A stretch of DNA of 64,000 nucleotides. Source: Podarcis tiliguerta (lineage: Eukaryota). Shown here piece after piece: positions 25,771 through 39,628 of this stretch; position 1 is the stretch's first letter, and every line of letters begins with the position of its first letter. The stretch lies in NCBI GenBank assembly GCA_965153285.1, contig OZ229114.1, one strand, 5' to 3'. A model generated the notes under the pieces. That model did not search any database, was not told the DNA's origin, and saw only the letters and a program-made list of their open reading frames with translations. A program made the translations under genes and the position numbers.

Positions 25771-26592
25771 ATTTTGTAATGTTGGTAGCTGTTTAAGAGT
25801 ACATTAGTCATTTTATGAGATAGTAGCTCTCTCCATTTGAAGAATCTCTTAAAAATAAACATATAATCTAACTCTCTCTGTAAAGTCGGTTGAATTCTGT
25901 GTGGTGCTAAATATCTAGTGCACTTCTTGGTAACTTCATGAATGGAGGCTAGATGGCAGTATAAGAGCATAAGCTGATGGTTTAAACAACCTTCGAATCA
26001 TGTCAGGTGGATAGCTTTCATGGTGCCTCCTTTATTCTTTATGTAATTGAATATTAAAGTACAGTATTAAATGCAAATATCTGCAGCTGTGAATGTATCT
26101 ACTTTCATTTGCCATAGTGAAAGTGTCTATGCTATACATATCTAATTATTTGCACAGAAGTTAGCATGCTTGCCATAGCTTTCCAATTAGTAAAATATTG
26201 AAAAACTTACCAGGTACAAAGTATCATTAGTATGGTGTTAGTTCCACTTAAATGACCCTGCCTATATTTTATATCTGGTGACAGTAACTATTTGCGGCTA
26301 TTGCACTATTTTAAAGGTCTATTTTATTTTATTTTATTTTATTTATTTAAAACAGTTCTGCCCTGCCAGCCCACTGAAAGGACTTCACTAATTTAGTTTT
26401 GCTTTTCATACCATGAAATTTAATCATGTAAATTTGCTATGTGTTCTTTGCTTGACTTTGTGAATTTACATATTTAAATATTTGCTCTGCATATTTTGCT
26501 CCCATTGTATATAACAAATTTGCATTTTCAGTACCTTTGTTTTCCATTTAATTTAGAAGTAGAGAATACTTCCCATAATGCAAATTTTAATA

Positions 26593-26859
26593 CAGTGGTA
26601 CCTCGCAAGACGAATGCCTCGCAAGAAGAAAAACTCGCAAGACGAAAGAGTTTTTTGAGTTGCTTCGCAAGACTAATTTCCCTATGGGCTTGCTTCGCAA
26701 GATGAAAACGTCTTGCGCCTTTTTCTTAAAACCGTCAATGCATTCCTATGGGAAACCGTCAATGCATTTCCTATGGGAAACCGTGCTTCGCAAGACGAAA
26801 AATTCACAAGACGAAAAAACTCGCAGAACGAATTAATTTCGTCTTGCGAGGCACCACTG
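26593..26859. mobile_element. Tigger/pogo-like MITE
   Basis: TA|CAGTGGTACCTCGCAAGACGA ... TCGTCTTGCGAGGCACCACTG|TA; TA TSD. Confidence 0.9.
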
Positions 26860-29800
26860 TACTTCTATATTAGCAGATTATTAAGTGTTTTGTAATAAGC
26901 TGCTAGACTTTGCATAAGCAAATGTATTGGTAGTATTAATATTTTTTAAAATGCTGCTCAAGGAACTTAAAATTTAATATTTCCTTTCTGTGATCTTGTT
27001 GTGAAGCAAGTTTTGGTTTTGCTGATGTCCTAAACTAGATCATGTTCATGTTTCTGTTCCCAGCTTTCTGGGTTCAATTCAGCTAAGGTTTTGAATAGGT
27101 GGAGCAAGGTTTGCTAATGCAATGGGACTTTCTTCCCTCTGTGTGCTCCTTACACTCCCTAAAACTCTTCTGCCCTCCCCCCCCCCCATTTAGGTGGTGT
27201 GGGGTTACACAAGGGGTGGAAAGGAAGTCCTGTTGTAGAAGCAGACTTCATTTTGCTTTTACATACCCCCCTTAACACTGTCTGGATCTAGACACATCAA
27301 AGAAGTATTTCAGTTTAAATCGTTGTAAATTTGAACAGGGAAAACAGGTAGAGAAAAATGGGACACTACATTGCCATCTGGTGGCACCATGTTGTATCAC
27401 ATATGCAACACATATAAATTGCTTTTTCTTTACCAGTCTAGCTGAGTCCACTATATTGAACTCCACCTTATGTATCTAGTGTGTGTGTATATACGTATGT
27501 GCTATAGGTTTCCTGAATGTTGTTTGAAGAGACAAGTATTAAATTAAGTATTTGGGGGTTAGGGTTGCTGCTGGGGGAGCAAAGAGTAGATTTTGTGTCG
27601 CTGGTAGCCTGTTGTGCAATTTCTGGTTGACCACCTAACAGGTCCTAACACCTACTAGCAGCTGGGATTTTCCAAAGAATGCTGGACTATGTAGGTATTG
27701 ATTTTACCCACCAGCAAGGAAATGGTACACACTCAGTACCACATAACACAGATTAGTTATGCCTTAACTGTTAGGAGGGCATACTTGTGGTCTTTTGTTT
27801 CATAATATAAGATGTATCTTTGAACCTTAGTAATTCTATTCTATTGTTGTTTTTAAAGAAAATACCAAGCAAGATCTAAAGTCTGCCTGTCCCTGCCTTA
27901 CAGGATGTTATCAAACTATAGTTGTATTCCTGGTATATTTTTGTGCATTTCAGGAAATGGGTGTGCTATGAACTAAGTATATCCCTTAGTAGTGGTAGTA
28001 AATGTGCATTTTAAGTCAGTAATGCCAATGCTTTTTTTTTTTAATGATAATCTATGAGCATGTTTGTCATCTCAGTCTGTTCATTAAACCTGGGCCTTAG
28101 ATATTATAATACGTAAAACAAAGACAGCATTGTAAGTGTTGTTTTCCATTCTTCTCATAGACATTATACACAGGATGGCTGTCCTCATTTTTCTTTTTTT
28201 TTAATCTCCTCTAGTATATGGTATGTATGCATTCATTGTCGGATTTGGTTTTAAGGAGCTTGATTATATTACTCCGAAACCTTCAGAGATGCTAACGAAC
28301 GTTATTTAATCTTCTAGATTCTCTATATTTTCATTTTGAATGTGGGACTGCTTTCCAGATTTTTTCAGAGTAACGGTGTTGGTTTGTTGCTGTTCAAAAC
28401 CAAAACTTCTTTACCAGTAAGACACTTGTCTGCATTTTTTTCCCAAACTTACCAAAGCTTGGTGGTTGCCTTTGGCAACAAAATAAAATAGAGAGTCGTA
28501 GAAGGCACGCCCTGCCACGCTGAGCAAATATGAGACTATAAAGAAAAATGTGGGAGGAATCAAAGTAGATGAGAACCCTAGGAATGAGTAATACTGCTGC
28601 AGTTGGCACTGACCTACATGTTTAAATCTTACAAGCTAGTGAAAAGTAACCATATTGATAGAAACCATCCCAGTTCACACACTCCATGCAGAACTAGTAT
28701 AAACACGTAGAGATGGAGGTTGAGGTTTCAGTACACATTCTGTGGGCAGAAGCCAGTGGAAAGTTCTCCTTCACAAGTGTTTTTGAAAATAACCAGGGAA
28801 GCTTTGTAAAAGCATGCCTTTAATTTTAATTCCATGTGTGCTAGAGAGATAGCATTTTATCCGTATGTTCTAAACATGTAGAATTTTTTTTGAACTTCCT
28901 GCACTCATTCTTGTAGGATGGGTGGGGAGAGTAAAAAGTTTCTTGAAGAAATGGAATCACATTCTAGTGCAGAGGATAGAAATCTAATGAGTTCTTTTAA
29001 TTTGTTTTAAAAAGGAGCATGTACTAATATTTTTGATAACACCATTACAAGCAATATGAATGCTTGTTATTACAGATGAATTATTATTGTGCTTAGTTAT
29101 TGCCTTCACATTTGTATAGGCTAGCTATCTTACACCTAATATCTGGCACATGCGTAGCTACCATGGAGAGCAAATGTGTGCTAAATCTCCCTATTTTTTG
29201 GTGTTTGCATCTAAATGAATTAAATTTGTTAAATTGGAAGAGACAATTTTTTTTGTCCAAATAAATTATTCTTTAATATTTACTTCAACAAATACTTCAT
29301 GGATGTTTTTGTTTTGATTTTTTTTTTTTTTTTTTTTTTTTGCTTGCTTGCTTGCCTGAGTCAATAAGATGATGGAGGGGTGGTGCCTTCAAATGCTAAT
29401 AGTAGCACTTCTTTGTCACCATGACAACAGGCATACTGACCTATGTGATTGTTTAGTTGGCTTCAGGGAGACTGGAGATGTTAAGGCAGTGTCAGTGGTT
29501 GCTGCTTCCTGATTGGACAGCTAGTTGATTAAGGTTAGAAGGACTCCCTGACTTACCACATGGTTTCTATGGTAGCTGCAATAGTAAGCCTAAGTTGTGG
29601 AGCATTTTTACACTTAATCATCTTCCTTTTTTCATTCTTAAAGGTATGAATGCTATTACATTGTGCTAATTGTGTTACTTGGGTAGGAGTTAAGTTGTGT
29701 GATGTTCTAAGTCTGATAGCTCAAAACATAACAACATAAAAATCTATATATCAAAATCAGTCTAGTTGCCCCCCTCCTTTTTGAGAAAGAGAGAATATCA

Positions 29801-30271
29801 CTGTTGGGATTGCTGGTCAAGCTTTACTTTTCTGTAACTTTCTGACTTGTTTCAGTAATGGTTGTAAGGCAATGGGGAGAACAAAACCTTGTCTGCCAAT
29901 CCTTCATTTATTTGAGTGCAGGATATCACTAAGCTTGACACTATGGCATGGCCAGTGAGCTTTGCCCAGATGTGTCTAGGTTTATATTGTTCTCTATCAT
30001 TTTGTTTCCCATGTTTCAATTTCTTAATTTTAATGAGATGAGGCAGCTAAATATCAGAATTAAGTTAGGGTTGGTTTTTTTTTACTGCAAGGTATTTGCT
30101 GAGATACAGGGACTCTCAGTTTCTTTTGACAGATATATTTGTGCTGTTTTTAACGACAGAGTAATTTTCAGCTAATATTTTTCTAACGTAATAGACTTAT
30201 TAAGATTGATAAAATTATAAGTTTACTCAGTAACTATATTTAAAAATCACTTTCAAAACTAAATTATATAG

Positions 30272-30670
30272 AGCAGGCAGGGGGAACCTCCACCTTGTAG
30301 GGATCCTAATTTTGTCCACAAGGTTCTCTTCCCTAAGTGATGCCCACCTGCCCCACATCTGCTATCATGTCAAATGTGAGGCAGGTAAAGACTTGGCTAC
30401 AAAGGAACAGTTGGATGCCTTAAAGTACAGATAGGCACTGACAGCAATCCCCCTCTCTCTAGGATCAACTGCACTGGCAGTTTCTGACCAGGAGCTGCTG
30501 AGGGCAACTGATCCTTGCAAGCCCCACTTTTGGTATAGATCTTCCTTCGCAGCCTGGTGATGGCAGATGACTGACAGGTGGAGAGCTGCACCCACCTATT
30601 AAAGGGGCCTGTGGGATTGCTCAGTTCTAGCTGGCCTAGCTATCCCTGAAGTTTCCCCTACCCTCTGCAT
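30272..30670. mobile_element. Degenerate hAT-Charlie-like element; related copies at ~47300-47680 and ~54709-55075
   Basis: caggcaggggaacct ... gtttcccctaccctctg termini; heavily diverged. Confidence 0.4.
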
Positions 30671-31064
30671 CTGGCAATTTACACCTGTAGATGGATCTGC
30701 TGTAGCCATTGGAATGATTCTTCTGTCCCTCTGCATGACTAGCATTGCAGCTGTTCAGGCAGGCAGGTCTAATACCTTTCTAGCTTTGGTTTCTAAGCCT
30801 GTCTATTTTTTATGTGGAAGATTCAGCACCATAAAACTAGTGCATTATGAGAAAGGGAAGGGAAGCTAGTTCTCCTGGTACTTCCAGGAGCTTGAAAAGA
30901 TGACACACCTTGGCTTGGAGCATGGTAATTTCACTTTGGTGTTCTGATGTGTGAGACAGTTGGAGAGTCAATGAAATGTTTATTTCAAAAGGCACATAGT
31001 TTAAACTGGAGAGACAGACACAAATGTGCACATCTTGTAGCAGGTATTTTTTATTTTCTTGTAG

Positions 31065-31155
31065 GATATTTTGAATAATCTTGATTCATGCGATCTTGAA
31101 GATGATGATCTTATGCTCGATGTTGACTTACCTGAAGACGCACCCTGTGATAATG
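31065..31155 (+). CDS. CCSER2: CCSER2 exon 4
   Basis: Acceptor ttcttgtag; encodes DILNNLDSCDLEDDDLMLDVDLPEDAPCDN; donor G|gttagt; 91 nt, phase 0 to 1. Confidence 0.95.
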
Positions 31156-32794
31156 GTTAGTGAAATAATTTGAATATGTTTAAATGCTTTATTGCAACTT
31201 CCCTTACCCTGGCTACTTTGGTTGCCCATCTCTCTTTCCTTGCCAACTATGACTGTCATTTCCTGAACTTGGGAAACATCCACAGAGGTACCATCAGCAA
31301 CACTGAGCCCTGTGTTCAGCTTCATGTCTTTATTCAGGGGAAATTGCTGCTCCTACTACTGTAATACAGCTTCTAAAGCATCCTATTCTGAAAACAGCAT
31401 TTCCTTAAAACCTTTTTCAAACAGTTTATGAGCACTAATTTTACTTAGTGTAATGGCTTTCAGCTTTCAAAGTACTTTTAAGGAGAATTCTTGATGTGTT
31501 TTGTATTGCATTCTGTATGAAAGATTTTTAAATAATCACATACTTTTCTTGTGTAAAAGCTCAGCCAGAGTGTAAAATTATTTTATACAAATACTTTTGG
31601 CTGTCTTAGGATTAAGTTGTGAAAGCTGTTACATGTAGACGGAGTTCTAATATCTGTTGAAGAATAGCTTTTAATATACAATTGTGCTGAATGTTTTAAT
31701 GCACCTTACTTTATACTTGTTAGATTCCTCATAGAAAGTTTATTAAATAAGTTTGTTAGAATAGTTCATAGGGCTGTATTTTACTTGTTGCATTTTGGAG
31801 TCTGTGAGGGAACTTGCACTCTATTTATAGCAGCCGTTCTAGTGCAGCAAGTATGTTCTCAGTGAGCAAGGCGGTAGTTCTAAATCACAGGGTCAAATTG
31901 GGCTCATTTCCCAACAATACGCAAGCAGGGAATGAGCAGGAAGGAAGGCCTGTTTACCACGGTCTTATGCAAAACTATGTCTGAGTAGGCAGTAGAATAA
32001 GACTGCTCAGTTTTATGAAAAGCTTCTCGTAGCCGAGGCCTGACAATGTGAAGAGAAAGTGTCTGGGTAAGTAAAAAGCCTCAAGGGTTTCTTGAAACTT
32101 TTCCTTCCTGGCAGTATTTTCCATTATTATTTTTTACTTGGCTTTTAATAGCTTGTAAGTAGCTGCCAGTCGTAGCTTTCACTGACTAATCTGTTGTTGT
32201 TGTTGTTGCTCCTCGTGCAAACTGAGAGATCTCTGAAATCTCATTTTCATTATATGTGATAGAATGTATATGTTAAAACTATTTTGTATTTAAAAAAGCT
32301 TTCTGTTTAAATATTCATATATCTATCTTGCCATAAAATGAAATGCTGTTTCTGTTGCTTTTAAAGGTTGCTCTTAAATCTTAGGATTCTGATGGCAAGG
32401 GAATTTCTCATTACAACAGAAAATACTGCTGAATTCTGTCGGCATCAGTTTTAAGTTTTGATTACTTCTTGTCCTTTGTGATTGAAGCAATAAGTTTCTT
32501 AACTGAAGTAGTAATGTGACCTTGTGGATGCAGTTATTTAAAACATATGTATCCTGCCTTTTGCTGTTGAACTGATGAACAACAGTAATTAAAGCCTCAT
32601 CACAGTTTTATACAAATAATTAAAAGCACCAAGTTAGCAGCAGTAGCAGTTGATAACACAAATTTGTTGTACATCAGTTCCTGTACTTATTTCTGTAAAT
32701 CAGTAATGAGTTCTATCTGGCAACCACTTTGCATTTCTGGGTGATCATATTTCCATTTAGATGAATATTGAAATAGTTTCTATTATCTATGTAG

Positions 32795-32954
32795 TGGATT
32801 GTGAAAATATGAATCGTTATGAGCGGCCAGAAAGAAATATTCGACAGCAGAAGGAGGGGTTGTGGAAGAGGACACCACAACGATGGAATGCCCAAGACCA
32901 TTATCATCTTGGTCATACTGACCATTGTTCCCATAGTAGAAATGATCTGAACAG
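32795..32954 (+). CDS. CCSER2: CCSER2 exon 5
   Basis: Acceptor atgtag; encodes VDCENMNRYERPERNIRQQKEGLWKRTPQRWNAQDHYHLGHTDHCSHSRNDLNR; donor AG|gtaagg; 160 nt. Confidence 0.95.
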
Positions 32955-33470
32955 GTAAGGCCCTTACTTTTCACTCTTTTGTTGTTGTTAAACTATATGT
33001 AATAAAAGAAAATTATTATTAGTTTGGAGATGGTATTTAATTTAACACCAGTCAGATTTAATCAAATAAACAAGGATTATTCGGTGTTATGTTGGAGGGG
33101 ATGCAAGGAAACAGGATTATGTTCACATGTGGTGGGGATGTAAATATGTACAACTTCTTTGGCAAAGGGTGTTTAAGGAGATAACAGAAATCATTTGGTT
33201 AAAGCTGACTGAAAGTACTTAGTGCTTGTAGTCTACGGTTTATATTGTAGAAAAGGCTACTTTTTCTTGCATATACTGTACATGTGCTGTTGAAAAACAA
33301 AGGTATCCTTTTTTCTTCAAGACTATTTGAGCCCTATGCATAATTGATTGATTTAAGGATGGAGTGATAGCTGTAGTAATATTTGATTGGTATTAAAGAT
33401 TTCAGAATGTGTCTCTTACTGAAGTACATAATAAGATTGTCTATTAAAACATTTCTAAAACACGTTTCAG

Positions 33471-33660
33471 GAGCTGCAACTATTTTGACTCTCCTCCTGT
33501 CGGCCATCTTGAAGGATATGGAGCACCAAGCTTGTACCCACCTCTGAGAAGTTTGCCGGCAAACACTGTGATGCTGGATGAAATGACCCTTCGGCATATG
33601 GTTCAAGACTGCACATCTGTGAAAACTCAGTTATTAAAATTGAAAAGAATATTTAATCAG
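33471..33660 (+). CDS. CCSER2: CCSER2 exon 6
   Basis: Acceptor tttcag; encodes SCNYFDSPPVGHLEGYGAPSLYPPLRSLPANTVMLDEMTLRHMVQDCTSVKTQLLKLKRIFNQ; donor CAG|gttagc; 190 nt. Confidence 0.95.
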
Positions 33661-36600
33661 GTTAGCACGTTTTTAACAACATGGGAATTGAAGGGACACT
33701 TGTCACTAGTTTGTGTTACGGTACTTGATGCTAATAAGTGTGTGTGTGTACATACATGCCACTATACCAACTGACCTAACCCTCCTTTGATTCTAGTCTT
33801 TATTATCAAGTAAAACACTAGGGTGGCTTGGTGTTGTTGTTTTTTTTAAAAACAGCAAGCAATCGTATTTCATTTGAATTAAATTGCTTGATTTGTAATC
33901 AGTGTTAGAAACTGAAATATGAAAGCTAGGAGCTAAATGGCACCTTAAACCTAGGTTATGGGCACAACAACGGAATGTCTACGCACACTTTTTTAATAAC
34001 AAGAATACATAGCTGAAAATGCAGCTAAAACAATACATTCATTTTTCACATAGTCTAGTCCTTCCCCTGCCCACCCCTCTATAATTCTTAAGAGGGTCTC
34101 ATTTCCAGTCTTCAGAGAGTAGCTGGAAGTGGGGAGGCAGAAAAGATCCTCCTTTTCTTCTTCTCTGCAGTTTTAACCTGAAATCTTAAGCGCAGTACTG
34201 TGCCCAGTGCTCAGAAACTGCTTGTGCTAATGAAATTCCCTGTTGCCAATGAGCCTAGAACAATAGGAGTTTCGAACACTGTTTGTGATGTAATTGTGCT
34301 CAAACCCATAGAAGTGAAGCAAAATCTTTTAGAATGCCCTATGTCACTGAAGGTCACTTCATAAATTCCCCTTCATGCAAGGGGGAGCAGAAGTACATGT
34401 TTTGCCAAATGTGTGATGTGGTTCTGTCACGGGGAGGAAATAAACCTGCGTACAGGGGGTTAGATTAGATGTGAGGAACTGGAACCTTTGGGCTTCCAGA
34501 TGTTGCTGAACTGTGACCCTCATCATCCCTGGCTATTGCCTATGTTTTCTGGAGCTGATGGGATGGGAGTTATAGTTCAACATCTGGAGGGCCAAGGGTT
34601 CCCTACACTTGCTTTAGATGAAATAATGGTTGTGAATGTTCTAACACTTCTCAACCAGATTTGTAGTGCTCATATTTCTATGGTGTTAATTCACATGTGT
34701 ATGGATTGTTTTTCTTCTGCATAATAATTCGAAAAAGAAAAAGGTGTGATTGTTAGAGAGACTTGCATACATAGCTTTATTGATCGGATCATACAAAGCT
34801 TTAGTCAAAGAACTGAAAATGTGTAAGTTAAATTGAGTGTTAACCTAATTGTTCTGGACTGGATTTGCAAATAGTCTAAGCCTTGTTGGAGAGAGGGAGG
34901 CCTGCTTCTGAAGTTACTTTGAGAAAACAATAACCGTAAACGTCGTCCATTTTCCTGCCCATAACTGTCTTGGCTCAGCCTTTCTATTTTTGTACCTGTG
35001 AATAACATACCTGACTTTTCTAAGTACGAAAGGACTTCAGCTTCAAGAAACCCTACCCAGTAATGGACACTCTAGCTGCCCTCCCTCTAGTCAGGTCCTC
35101 TGGCAAGTTGAGTACTGCTGTTAGCTACAGAGTAGCCTGGATGGAAAGGCAGAACGCTCCTTCGTTTAGAAACAGTGCTTCCAGGGTGCTTGTGTATGTA
35201 AAGCCCTGCTCTTAACTGCCAGTCTGCTATATTATTATTTATTATTATTATTATTACAGTTGATCTGTTACTCACCTGGTAAACCACTGTCTCAAGGCCA
35301 TTTACATGTAAGATAATTAAAAACACAAAAACAACAGATACATTTAAAACAATACTAAAACCCCAACAAATGGACACTCATGATAAAGACCCATTTATCC
35401 AGCTGGGAAAACCTGCCGGAACAAAAATATAAGGCACAGCATTTTGAAGGCTTCCTCCTGCGCATCTTTCCCTCTGATTACAGCTGTGTCTAAGAGCACT
35501 ACGTAATGAGGGAACAGATTTCAGTACCTGCTCCTCAAACTGCTTTTTCTTGGGGAAAGTGAAATAAAACATCACATCATTGTGCCCCCAAGTCTAATGT
35601 GTGCTGCTAGTACAAATTATGGTACATTGGTAAAATGTATGATTAATTGAAATCTTCCATTTCCTAACATATCAGTACAGTGCTGGCTTAGTAGAGGAAG
35701 TTCGCTTATTACAGTTATGATGTCACTAATGATGAGGTCCCTTTGAACAGAAGAAGCCCAACATTCTTAGTTCTTAAAAACAACTAAGTAGTCTATGGTG
35801 ATTATGTATCTTTCAGCTAGTCTGGGAAGTATAAGAAGAATTCAATATATGCCATGTAGACGGAAAGTAAAATTGGAAAAAAAGGTTGTTTTCAAATACT
35901 TGGAATATTTCAAGGGGGGCTTTTTTAAAAAAAGTAACCATATGTAACCTGGTCTTTTTTGCATGCACAAAGGTGCTACACTGTATGTGTCCTATCAAGC
36001 TAGGGATATAGTGTAACAACCTATTATGTGTGGATCCTGGCTGGAAATAGTGATATTCAGTTTGCTGTTGCACTCCAGTGAGAACTAGGCCTTAATCCTG
36101 CCTCTGGACTATATGACTTCAAACTGCAGGTGGGGGATACTTACATGATTGACTGTCGTCTTGTATGTAGAAAACTAGCAAGCCGAGTAGAAGGTGCAGA
36201 TATCCCCAAACACCTTTTTTTAAACATTCATTTTTATTGTTTTTTTATACCAATTGGTGCACTGTAAGTAGTGTACAGTAGAATACTTCATGAAGTGAAC
36301 ATCACTTGTGGAAATGTTTTGAATGGAGAACCCCCCTCCCCTTTTAGTGGTGCAGCCAAACCACAAATTTACAATCTCAATCTTACCGAATCTGTTGCAC
36401 TAATATAACTAAAGTGCCTGGTTACACATAGGAAATAGTTTAAATGCAAGCTTCACTTTTAGGTAGTTCAGTAGCCTTCTAGGATGCAAGATTCCTGTAA
36501 ATCCCTGAACCAAAAAAGTTTTGGTGAAGTGGAATGGTATAAACACCCCATAGCTATGTGACCTTTTTATAATTATTCAGCAAACAAACTAGAAGTAACA

Positions 36601-36670
36601 AATTAAGTTCCAGCCCTTATAATTCTTGAATAAATCGCTGTGTGGTCTAGGCATTAAGAAACACTTTCTT

Positions 36671-36674
<4 letters not shown>

Positions 36675-36712
<38 letters not shown>
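36675..36712. repeat. (CT)n microsatellite
   Basis: Directly visible. Confidence 0.9.
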
Positions 36713-37073
36713 AAACCAATTTCATAAAAAAGCTAGTATTTAACATGTTGAATACTGCTAGGGGGGAAAGTTTCTTTGAAGATGGATACCAGAAATCGTT
36801 TGACAATTTCAGGAACCTGATAGATTCTTAGTGCTGAGAAACTAAAATGAAAAGTAAAATCAGTGCATACAATTTATTAGCAGATCTCACTATCTAGTTT
36901 TGGAAATCTGTGTTTGAAATAAAACTCTGATAAGATGGAACCATTTGGAAACTACCAGATCTCCCAAGGTCAGTTCAAAATGTCAGGAATAATTCAGGAA
37001 TTAGTAGTATTTATCATTCAAATACTATAGGATTTAGGTGCTCAAATAAATGGAAACCTTTCTCTTCTTGCAG

Positions 37074-37157
37074 AATGATGAAAATGTGTCACTCCACAAC
37101 ATCACATTTTCACTTCCTTCAAGCCCAGAACTGCAGGAGCCTGAACCAGTTTATAAG
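37074..37157 (+). CDS. CCSER2: CCSER2 exon 7
   Basis: Acceptor cttgcag; encodes NDENVSLHNITFSLPSSPELQEPEPVYK; donor AAG|gtaaac; 84 nt. Confidence 0.92.
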
Positions 37158-37716
37158 GTAAACCAACTGTGCTTATTTCAGAGTTGACCCTTTTGAATGA
37201 AGTAGCTAATGAAAAAGCATCAAGTGTGTAGGTCAGCACTATTTATTTATTTATAGAATTATTTTGTTTACCCTTAGTAGGTATGACAAGGAGAGGAGTT
37301 CCTTTAATTTTTTCTTTCTTTGCAAAGCAGCTGCAAACTCTGCAGACTGTTTTGAGAGATAAGAATTGTGGTGGAAAAACTGGGCAAGCAAAGAACCATG
37401 TTGCTAGGCAGAATGAGGAGAGAAGACAGTTTCAGGAAAAGCACCACTAAGAAACACTTGGCCTAGGGAGCAGGTTTTGTTTTCCAGCTGCTGTTGCCAC
37501 ATGTATTTGGTAAGAGGCTTGGGCAGGATTGCAAACAAACCAAACTTAAGGGAGAATCTTAACTTCAGACATAATGTTGGAGTAGATTCAGGGAAATCAG
37601 ATTAAGTCTATTTATTTCAGTAGGTTTGATATCACCCAGTGGTCTGTTGCCCCCAAGTAAGCTATAGTTAGTTGTCCATTTAATTGTCCAGAACTTTCAA
37701 ACCATAGCTTAACTAC

Positions 37717-38092
37717 CAGTGGTGGAGCATTCACCGCCTGTGTCCAGGGCATGCATACACCAGGGTACGTTCAGGACATGCTGTGGGGTGGGGTATGTTG
37801 CCAGAGCGACCCCTGCCCACTGCTGTAAAGCGGGGTACACTTATGGGGCACCACAAGCTGTTGCAAAGCAACAGGCATCACCCTGGCCCCTGCAAGCCCA
37901 GTGCTGCTTTTGTGAGTGGCAGTGGGCTCACAGGGAGGGTGTCATATGCTGTTGAATCCTTCTCACTGCACTCTACAGCTGGAGGGCAGCTGAGGACACA
38001 ACAGCTCACCATGTGGCAGAGCACCGTGACCCAACCCTCCAAAAAACAGCCTGGGCTGGTGGCCCCCCTCAGCCCCCCATTCTACACCACTG
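37717..38092. mobile_element. hAT-type MITE
   Basis: TIR CAGTGGTGGAG / CTACACCACTG (10/11); 8-bp TSD ttaactac / ttaactat (7/8). Confidence 0.82.
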
Positions 38093-38316
38093 TTAACTAT
38101 GATACCAGAATATGGTCAATATTTGCAGTTTTGTTTTGTTTTTTGTTTTCGTTCTCAACATTTGGTAATGAAAATAATGCAGAGCCTAAACTTTAAAAAG
38201 CAATTTGCTCCTAGACAAAGATTTTACTTTCTCTCTTCCCCGACCTCCCGGACAGATAAGAATTATATTTATCTACTTCATGGAAAACATTAAGATCTCC
38301 ACTTTTTGTTTGCCAG

Positions 38317-38403
38317 ACTGATGATTTGCTGAATGAGATCACACAGCTTAAAGAAGATTTAAAGAAAAAGGATGAAACAATCAAACAACTAGAGCATCGG
38401 CTT
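38317..38403 (+). CDS. CCSER2: CCSER2 exon 8 (coiled coil)
   Basis: Acceptor ttgccag; encodes heptad-patterned TDDLLNEITQLKEDLKKKDETIKQLEHRL; donor CTT|gtgagt; 87 nt. Confidence 0.95.
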
Positions 38404-38993
38404 GTGAGTATATTATGCAGTATGCTCTGCAGAGAATGTGATATCTACCATAATTTCTATAAATCAATGTGACAGCACTTCTTGTTCACTTGCGTGGGAC
38501 TAACTTCAATATTTAAGTCAGTGGGAAATCCTTTTATAGGAGCTGCTTATGTAAATTGGAGCAGTCACAGGAATTCCTGGATCAGGAGTATGATACCTTA
38601 GTGTTCTTACATATTATGGCCATGTGCTGTGTATGTTAACTTTAGAGCACAGGATTCTGAAATAACAGGAGTTCAAACTGCACCATTCTTCATTTTAACA
38701 TATTACACTGTATATTTATTTTACTCTTAATGCAGCTGCATTTAGCCATTTGTATAAAGTATAAGATTTGACAAGAGAAATCTAACTATACTTTAAAGAG
38801 CAGCAGATGATGTTTCTTATACTGTAAAGCCAAAATTACAATATTAACACATTCAGGGGAACTATTATGGAAGGAGGTATTTAAAAATAAAAATGAAAAA
38901 CTCTCCAAACAGTTGAAGTTGCTGTGAATGATTTGGAAATATTTCATGTTAATTGCAGATAACTGTGATATATTTAAGTGTATAAAAGTATCA

Positions 38994-38995
<2 letters not shown>

Positions 38996-39039
<44 letters not shown>
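38996..39039. repeat. (TA)n microsatellite
   Basis: Directly visible. Confidence 0.95.
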
Positions 39040-39042
<3 letters not shown>

Positions 39043-39628
39043 TAGGTTCCTTTCTGGGAGACACTGGGTTGTAACCCATGACCTTGTTCTGTTTAGTGCA
39101 AGACCTCCACCTGTACAATGGGATGGGACTTTAATTTCCTGTCCTTGCTACTACCCCCCCATCAGTTATGGGTTTCTCCCCAACTTTCTGGAGGAGATCT
39201 GGGGGGTTTGCGGGGAGTGCATGGGGAGAGGAAGTCCTGTTCTGCAGGTGGAAACCCTTGAACTAATGGAATAACTTGATCGGTTACAACTCTTTATATT
39301 CTGCACTGCTGTTTGTGTACAGTTTACACACTGTTCAGTTTACACTTGAATTAAGTATTTCTAATGTCTATTATGTGGATCAGCCTTTGGACCTCTGTAT
39401 CCATCCTTTTCTTCTTTCTTAGCAGCAATTTGTGGTGCCTGTTTTGCGGTGGTAAAACCCATGAGAGTACAGAAGGATTGTTTTATGGCCTTACTACCTC
39501 ATATTTTGTTTAATTCATTTGCTAATGTTATATTGTGTATTATACTACATTTTGAGATGTTTGTGTAAAGTAACTAAAAAGTGTAATAAATAACCATGAA
39601 ATCATTTGTCTTTTGCGTATGCATAAAG

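Noticed and set aside
26593-26859. Regularly recurring short repeat superficially like a CRISPR array
   Set aside because: Eukaryotic context, irregular spacing, and enclosed by TIRs with a TA TSD, so it is a MITE.
28200-28620. Slightly CpG-enriched intron 3 segment with a donor-like CCA|gtaaga, possibly another alternative exon
   Set aside because: No convincing acceptor, promoter motifs or reading frame; cannot be supported from sequence alone.
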